Position numbers and translations under genes: made by a program. Positions 58,341 through 64,000 of a stretch of 64,000 nt of DNA are shown piece after piece. Source of the DNA: an uncultured Bacillota bacterium (GTDB lineage: Bacteria > Sysuimicrobiota > Sysuimicrobiia > Sysuimicrobiales > Segetimicrobiaceae); assembly GCA_963804645.1 (NCBI GenBank), contig CAWDRG010000009.1:32001-96000 (forward strand), given 5' to 3'. Each line of letters opens with the position of its first letter. Within the stretch, counting starts at the first letter, position 1. The notes under the pieces were generated by a model. The model had not been told where the DNA came from. It was given only the letters and a program-made list of their open reading frames with translations, and ran no database searches.

Positions 58341-59138
58341 ATGCTCATTGTGGATAGTCACTGTCACGTATCGCCGGTCTGGTACGAACCGGTCGAGAGC
58401 CTGCTCTTTCAGATGGACCGGAATGGGGTAGAGCGGGCCGTCTTGGTCCAGATGAACGGACAGGCGGACAACGAGTACCAGTTGGACGCCGTCCGCCGCT
58501 TCCCCGACCGGCTCGTCTCCGTCGCGTGGTTGGAGGCAGAACGCCCGGGAGCACCCGAGCAACTGACACGCCTCGCCGACCAGGGAGCCAGCGGCGTCCG
58601 TCTTGCTGCGACGGTGAGATCGCCGGGAGACGATCCCCTCGCCGTCTGGCGGGCGGCCGCGGAGCGCGGCCTCACCGTCACGTGCGGGGGAGCGAGCGAG
58701 GAGTTTCTGAGTCAGCACTTCTCGGAACTCGCGCAGGCCCTGCCCGAGCTTCGGATCGTGATTGAACATCTCGGGGGTGAAGGCGATCCGGAACCCGGCC
58801 CCAACGTCTCGGAGCAGCGCCGGCGCGTGTTCGATCTGGCACGCTTCCCGAACCTCTACATGAAGATTCACGGGCTCGGAGAGTTCTGCCGCCGCCGGCT
58901 CCCGGTTGCCGGGGCGTTTCCGTTTGAGCGCCCGATTCCACCGCTCCTCGACATGGCCTATCAGAAGTTCGGCGCCCGTCGGCTGATGTGGGGCAGCGAT
59001 TATCCGCCGGTCAGCGCCCGCGAAGGCTATCAGAATTCCCTGCGCCTGACGCTCGAGCAGTTCGCGTCGAGCCGCGAGGGGGATCGCGCGCTGATCTTCG
59101 GAGGAGTGGCCCATACCCTGTTTCCTCCGCGCCCATGA
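58341..59138 (+). CDS. Amidohydrolase_2 family protein
   Basis: IVDSHCH, GVERAVLVQ, IVIEHLG, MWGSDYP. Confidence 0.85.
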   Translation: MLIVDSHCHVSPVWYEPVESLLFQMDRNGVERAVLVQMNGQADNEYQLDAVRRFPDRLVSVAWLEAERPGAPEQLTRLADQGASGVRLAATVRSPGDDPLAVWRAAAERGLTVTCGGASEEFLSQHFSELAQALPELRIVIEHLGGEGDPEPGPNVSEQRRRVFDLARFPNLYMKIHGLGEFCRRRLPVAGAFPFERPIPPLLDMAYQKFGARRLMWGSDYPPVSAREGYQNSLRLTLEQFASSREGDRALIFGGVAHTLFPPRP

Positions 59139-59243
59139 GCGCTCACGCCCGCCGTCTGGGGCGCGGCCACATGGCACGTCGGGACCGCTCCGACACATGC
59201 GCTCGCCGGGAGACCGGCGGGCGGTCGTGGAGCCCCGCGCGGC

Positions 59244-61028
59244 ATGGCTAATGTGACCCATCAGCGCAACATCATGGTGCCGCTCACGGACCGCGTGCAC
59301 CTGGCGACGGATCTCTACCTTCCCGGCGGCTCACCAGGCCCGTGGCCGGCCATTGTGGAGCGGACACCCTACGACAAATTGGGCGCCGAGTTGGTGCTCA
59401 CCGCCAAATATCTCGCCGGCCACGGCTACGCGGTGATCCTGCAGGACGTGCGGGGACGATACGCGTCGGAAGGCGAGTGGTATCCGTTCGGCAACGAAGG
59501 TCCGGACGGGGTCGAGACGGTCGGCTGGGTACGCGCCCAGCCGTGGTGTGACGGACACGTAGCCACAATGGGGCTGTCCTATTCGTCCTGCACGCAGACG
59601 AGCCTCGCGGCGATGAACCCGCCAGGCCTGTCCGCCCAGTTTGTCAGCCAGGGCTTCCATAACTACCACACCGCATCGATGCGCCAGGGCGGCGCGCTCG
59701 AGGTCCGCTTCCTCTTCTACGCGTTCAGTATGGCGAGGACTTCGAAGGAGGCGTACGCCGATCCCGTCGCGCGAAGCTCCCTCGAGCGCGCCTGGACCGA
59801 CGTGCGCGCCTGGCTCAAGCACGCGCCGCCCAAAGCCGGGCTCACGCCCCTGCGCCACGTGCCTTCGTCCGAGCGGTGGCTCCTGGATATCTGGCAGCAC
59901 GGCGAATACGACGGGTACTGGCGAACCCGCCCCGCATATTCGATCGAGGACCTCTGGGATCAGCACGCGGACGTCCCGATCTATCTGTGCGGCAGCTGGT
60001 ACGATTCGTACGCGCGCTCCACCGTCACGAACTATGTCGAGCTGAGTAGGCGGAAGAAGAATCCGGTGCGCCTGATCATGGGCCCGTGGACGCACGGAGA
60101 CATCGATCGATCGTACGCCGGCGACGCGGACTTTGGTCCCGACGCGCCACTCGGCTACAACTACTTTCTGCTGCGCTGGTTCGACGCGGTGCTCAAAGGC
60201 GCGCCGAACGGGATGCTCGACGGGGCGCCGGTCCAGATCTTTGTGATGGGCGGAGGCTCCGGCCGCAAATTGCGAGGGTCGGGAAAGCTCGACGTCGGCG
60301 GCCATTGGCGAGACGAACGCGAGTGGCCGCTTGCCCGAACCCGGCACACGGCCTACTACCTGCAGCCCGGGGGCGGACTATCTCCCGTCGCGCCGCCGGC
60401 CGGCTCGACGCCGACGCGCTACGCGTTCGATCCGCGAGATCCGGTTCCCACCGTCGGCGGCAACATCTCCGCCGGGTTCGGCGTGTTCGTCGGCGGCGGA
60501 TTCGATCAGCGGGGCGGCCCGGACGCGGACAGTCCGAACGCCCGCCTCCCGCTCTCTACACGCAGGGACGTACTCGTCTTTTCGACGCCGCCCTTGGAGC
60601 ATGCGGTGGAGGTCACCGGCACGGTGGTGGCCACGTTGTGGGCCTCGTCATCGGCCCCCGACACCGACTTCACGGTCAAGCTCATCGATGTGTATCCGCC
60701 GAACGACGACTATCCCGACGGCTATGAGCTCAACATCGGCGACTCTATCATCCGTGCGCGCTACCGGAATTCCTTCGAGGCACCCGAACTGATGGAGCCT
60801 GGCCGCGTCTACCCGTTTACCATCACGCTGTACCCCACCAGCGTCGCGTTCCAGCCACGACACCAGATCCGCGTGCACATCTCATCGTCGAACTTCCCGC
60901 GCTTCGACATCAACCCCAATACCGGCGGCCCCCTTGGGCTCGAGCGGGTGTTCCACACGGCGGTGCAGACGATTTTCCACGACGCGGATCATCCGTCGCA
61001 CGTGCTCCTCCCCGTCATCCCGAGCTAG
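59244..61028 (+). CDS. CocE/NonD family serine hydrolase (close paralog of 52529-54319)
   Basis: Same motif set (GLSY, WYD, GPWTH); long identical peptide stretches shared with the first copy. Confidence 0.9.
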   Translation: MANVTHQRNIMVPLTDRVHLATDLYLPGGSPGPWPAIVERTPYDKLGAELVLTAKYLAGHGYAVILQDVRGRYASEGEWYPFGNEGPDGVETVGWVRAQPWCDGHVATMGLSYSSCTQTSLAAMNPPGLSAQFVSQGFHNYHTASMRQGGALEVRFLFYAFSMARTSKEAYADPVARSSLERAWTDVRAWLKHAPPKAGLTPLRHVPSSERWLLDIWQHGEYDGYWRTRPAYSIEDLWDQHADVPIYLCGSWYDSYARSTVTNYVELSRRKKNPVRLIMGPWTHGDIDRSYAGDADFGPDAPLGYNYFLLRWFDAVLKGAPNGMLDGAPVQIFVMGGGSGRKLRGSGKLDVGGHWRDEREWPLARTRHTAYYLQPGGGLSPVAPPAGSTPTRYAFDPRDPVPTVGGNISAGFGVFVGGGFDQRGGPDADSPNARLPLSTRRDVLVFSTPPLEHAVEVTGTVVATLWASSSAPDTDFTVKLIDVYPPNDDYPDGYELNIGDSIIRARYRNSFEAPELMEPGRVYPFTITLYPTSVAFQPRHQIRVHISSSNFPRFDINPNTGGPLGLERVFHTAVQTIFHDADHPSHVLLPVIPS

Positions 61029-61043
61029 CGGACTGCGACGGGA

Positions 61044-62241
61044 TTATTCCGCCGCGCCCCCGGTCCCCCGAACATAGACCCGAGGGACGGAATCACGAAC
61101 GTCGAGCGCCACCATTCCGCCTGACCAGAGCCGGTGCGACTCCGCCACCGTGTCCGGGGAGATCTCCTCGCGGCCCTGTCGCCCAATGATCACGACCTCA
61201 TCGCCCGCGCGTGCCTCGGAGACGCGGGTCAAATCGATGCGCGTGTGCTCGGTGGTCGGCCCGCCTAGCACATTCACACGAACCCCGCGCACCAACACCT
61301 GCCCGCAGCACACGCGGTCCATCCCATCGCAGCGTCCGATCGGAATAATCCCGACGCGCATGGACCCCGTGATCGGAAACGGCGCGAGATCGAGAAACTC
61401 CGTCCGCGTCAGCATCTTGACTTGGATCAGTCGACTGGTCAAGGCGCGAAACGCCGGCCGCAGGCCCGCCTCCCGCAATCCGGAGCCCTGCTGGTCGAGG
61501 CCAAAAAACACGAGCCCCGGATCGATCGCGTTCAGATTCATCGCGGTCGCGGACGCGTTCAACACGCTGGTACTCGCCGTCATGGCGATGGGAATCTCAA
61601 TCCCCGCGTGGCGAAGCCGCTCCAGGGCCCCCGCGAATCGATCGAACTGCCACCGCATATACGGCGTGACGCCTCCGCGGTCGGGCACGTGCATGTGCGC
61701 GTAGATCCCGTGGACTCTGAGCCGCGGGAACGCGGCGAGAGACGTCACGAAACCAACCACATCCTCGGGGCCCACGCCCAGCCGCTCCAAGCCGAGATCA
61801 ACTTTCACAAACACGCGCTGTTCCCGGCCGCACCGCGAGGACAGAAGCGCTGGCGGCCTCGAGGTCAAGAATCGTCGGCATCAGTTCGTAGTCCACGACC
61901 GCCGCGGCCACATTCGCGTCGAGCGGGACCCCGGCGTACAGCAACACCGGCGCGGAGACGCCGTGGCGGCGCAGTTTGACGGCATCGGCCACGCTGACCA
62001 AGCTGATCGCATCGACCCCGGCGGCCAGGACGGCGCGCGCCACCTCCAGCACCCCGTAGCCGTACGCGTTGCCTTTCAGCGCGGCGAAAATACGAGGGGT
62101 CGCGCCAACCAACCGGCGCACGGTGGCGGCGTTGTGGGCAATCGCATCGAGGTCGATCTCAAACCGATTGGGCCGACCCAATCGGAGGTTCGCGTCATCT
62201 CCTGCGTCGTCAGTGATCGGCTCGCGAGAAGCCCTGGCCAT
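61044..62241 (-). pseudogene. Alanine-racemase-fold PLP enzyme, frameshifted near 61850 (pseudogene or sequencing error)
   Basis: N-half: RPNRFEIDLDAIAHN, AALKGNAYGYG; C-half in another frame: VKVDLGLERLG, LTSRLIQVK, GDEVVIIG. Confidence 0.7.
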
Positions 62242-62276
62242 GTCGCATCTCCATGCGTCCGACGTGCCCGGTCCGA

Positions 62277-63115
62277 TCAGTGCATGATCTTGCCGCCGTC
62301 GACGTTGATCGCCTGGCCGGTCATATCGGCGGCATCGCTCGAGGCAAGAAACGCCGCCACCGCCGCGACGTCCTCCGGCGTCACCATGCGTCCGAGAGGA
62401 ATGCCGGCGCCTTCTCCGCGGAGCGCTTCCGCCCGCTGCTCCGCGTCGAAACTTCCGTCCGGCCGCCTTCCCAAGTAGTCGAGCCGCTCCGTATCCGCGA
62501 CGCCGGGACAGATGGCATTGACCGTGATCCCCGCCGGGGCGAGCTCCATGGCAAGTGATTGGGTGAACCCGATCAGCCCGAACTTCGATGCGCAGTACGC
62601 CGCCAATTCCGGCGAGCCTCGTTTCCCCGACGTCGAGGCGATATAGATGATCCGCCCGCGCACACCGCCCCGAAGCATCGTCGCGGCGACGGTTTTGGCG
62701 CAGAGGAAGCTTCCCTTCAGATTGGTGTCGAGGACGACGTCCCACGCCTCTTCGGACACGTCCACCACCGGGGCACGATCGCCGCCCGCCGGCGCGGCGG
62801 CGTTACTCACCAGGATGTCGATGCGCCCAAACGCGGCGAGCGCCTGCTCAACCGCGGCACTGATATCGCGGATCGACCTGACATCGACCAGCGCCGTGAG
62901 CGCACGACGGCCCGTCTCGCGGACCTCCCGCGCAACCGCCTCGAGTCCGCCCCATCCGGTCACGGGCTTCGTGGGCACCCGCGTCCCGGTGGGCAGCACA
63001 TCGGTTAAACGAGATCCGCACCTTCCGCCGCGAATCGACGAGCGATCCCGCGGCCGAAGCCGCGCTCTCCGGCGCACCCAGTGATCATTGCGACTTTACC
63101 CGCGAGCCTTGTCAT
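62277..63115 (-). pseudogene. SDR-family oxidoreductase, frameshifted at about 63008 (likely homopolymer error)
   Basis: MTRLAGKVAMITGCAGERGFG..ADLV then TAA; adding one T to GTTT gives LTDVLP..., continuing to NAA, YCASK, NAICPG, TGQAINVDGG. Confidence 0.75.
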
Positions 63116-63243
63116 CGGCGTCTCCTCTTGGGCGTGCACCGGACCGCCGCGTGGCGCGATCGGGACACGAGACCGTTGCACGCCCGTTTCGATTGAAAGC
63201 CCCACCGCCACACGTCGACCCGTGCCGTCGTCAGCACGAAAGG

Positions 63244-64000
63244 CTACGATCGCCCCGGGGTGCTCGACGTCCGGACGCTGCCGGCGCCATCCGCCCCGGC
63301 ACCCAGTCGGAGATCTGGGATCGCCGCGATCAGTTGTTGCGTATACGGATGGGAGGGCCGGCCCAACACGGTGGCCGTCTCGCCGTACTCACGAACCGTC
63401 CCCCGCTCCAACACCAGCACGACTTCGGCGATCCCGCGAACCAGCGCCACGTTGTGCGTGACAAACAGCAGCGCCAATCCGTCGCGCCGCAACTCTTCAA
63501 GCACCGCGACAATCGCGGCTTGGATCGAGACATCGAGAGATGACGTAATCTCGTCGCACACCAACAACGACGGCCTCGCCGCCAGGGCGCGTGCGATCGC
63601 CACCCGCTGCTTCTCGCCGCCCGACAACTCCCGCGGGTAGCGGTCGAGCATCCCCGCCGGCAAGCGCACCCGCTCCAGCAATTGCAGCACCTGTTGTCGC
63701 TCGGCCACGCGGTCCTGCGCAAATTCAAAGAACCGCAGCGGACGCCCGATGGCCTCGCTGATGGGCCGGCGCGGGTTCAAGGAACGGTCGGGATCCTGAA
63801 ACACGATCTGAATCTCTCGGCGTTCCGAGGACGTCCGGTTGGTCACGTGCGGCGCGAGCGGGCGTCCCGCCAGCGTCAACACGCCCCCATCCGGCCGATG
63901 CAGGCCCGCCACGCACCGTCCCAGAGTCGTCTTGCCGCTGCCGCTTTCACCGACGATCGCCAGACAGCCTCCCGCGCCGACGGAGAACGAAACATCCCAG
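63244..64000 (-). CDS. Peptide ABC transporter ATP-binding protein (DppF-like), 5' part outside window
   Basis: IVGESGSGKTT Walker A, VFQDP, LSGGEKQRV, VCDEITSSLD, HPYTQQL. Confidence 0.88.
   Translation of the reverse strand, partial: WDVSFSVGAGGCLAIVGESGSGKTTLGRCVAGLHRPDGGVLTLAGRPLAPHVTNRTSSERREIQIVFQDPDRSLNPRRPISEAIGRPLRFFEFAQDRVAERQQVLQLLERVRLPAGMLDRYPRELSGGEKQRVAIARALAARPSLLVCDEITSSLDVSIQAAIVAVLEELRRDGLALLFVTHNVALVRGIAEVVLVLERGTVREYGETATVLGRPSHPYTQQLIAAIPDLRLGAGADGAGSVRTSSTPGRS

Noticed and set aside
63000..63015. Programmed ribosomal frameshift in the SDR gene
   Set aside because: No convincing heptameric slippery site with a stimulatory structure, and no precedent I know of for SDRs; a one-base homopolymer deletion is simpler.

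Overview
High-GC (roughly 70% by eye) bacterial chromosomal segment, densely coding, with about 57 CDS and one tRNA-Asn(GTT). I found no integrase, transposase, CRISPR array or rRNA. Content in order: a peptide ABC importer with an M20 amidohydrolase; a UroD-like/dehydratase/NRAMP-related Mg transporter/MgtE-cytosolic-domain/GNAT run; a NarL-type two-component system beside a Met/His-rich exported protein and a FecCD-type ABC importer; housekeeping genes (suhB, nth, fabI, short mutY, ndk, ctaA-ctaB fusion, ogt, guaB-like); a sugar-acid (modified Entner-Doudoroff) operon; two paralogous atypical M28 peptidases; several MFS and other transporters; an uncharacterised lipoprotein plus helical-protein pair behind an ECF-like promoter; and from about 51 kb a peptide/amide catabolic cluster (MlrC, two close CocE/NonD paralogs, GGT, HpcH aldolase, D-2-hydroxyacid dehydrogenase, amidohydrolase, a rewired alanine-racemase-fold enzyme, SDR, ABC ATPase). 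The most interesting signals are enzymes with altered catalytic residues (DLH pseudo-enzyme, Alr-fold enzyme, M28 pair, GuaB-like protein, UroD-like protein) and the orphan lipoprotein pair. Three genes carry apparent frameshifts, two of them in short homopolymers, which may be sequencing errors. All family calls come from motif recognition by eye; no database searches were run.
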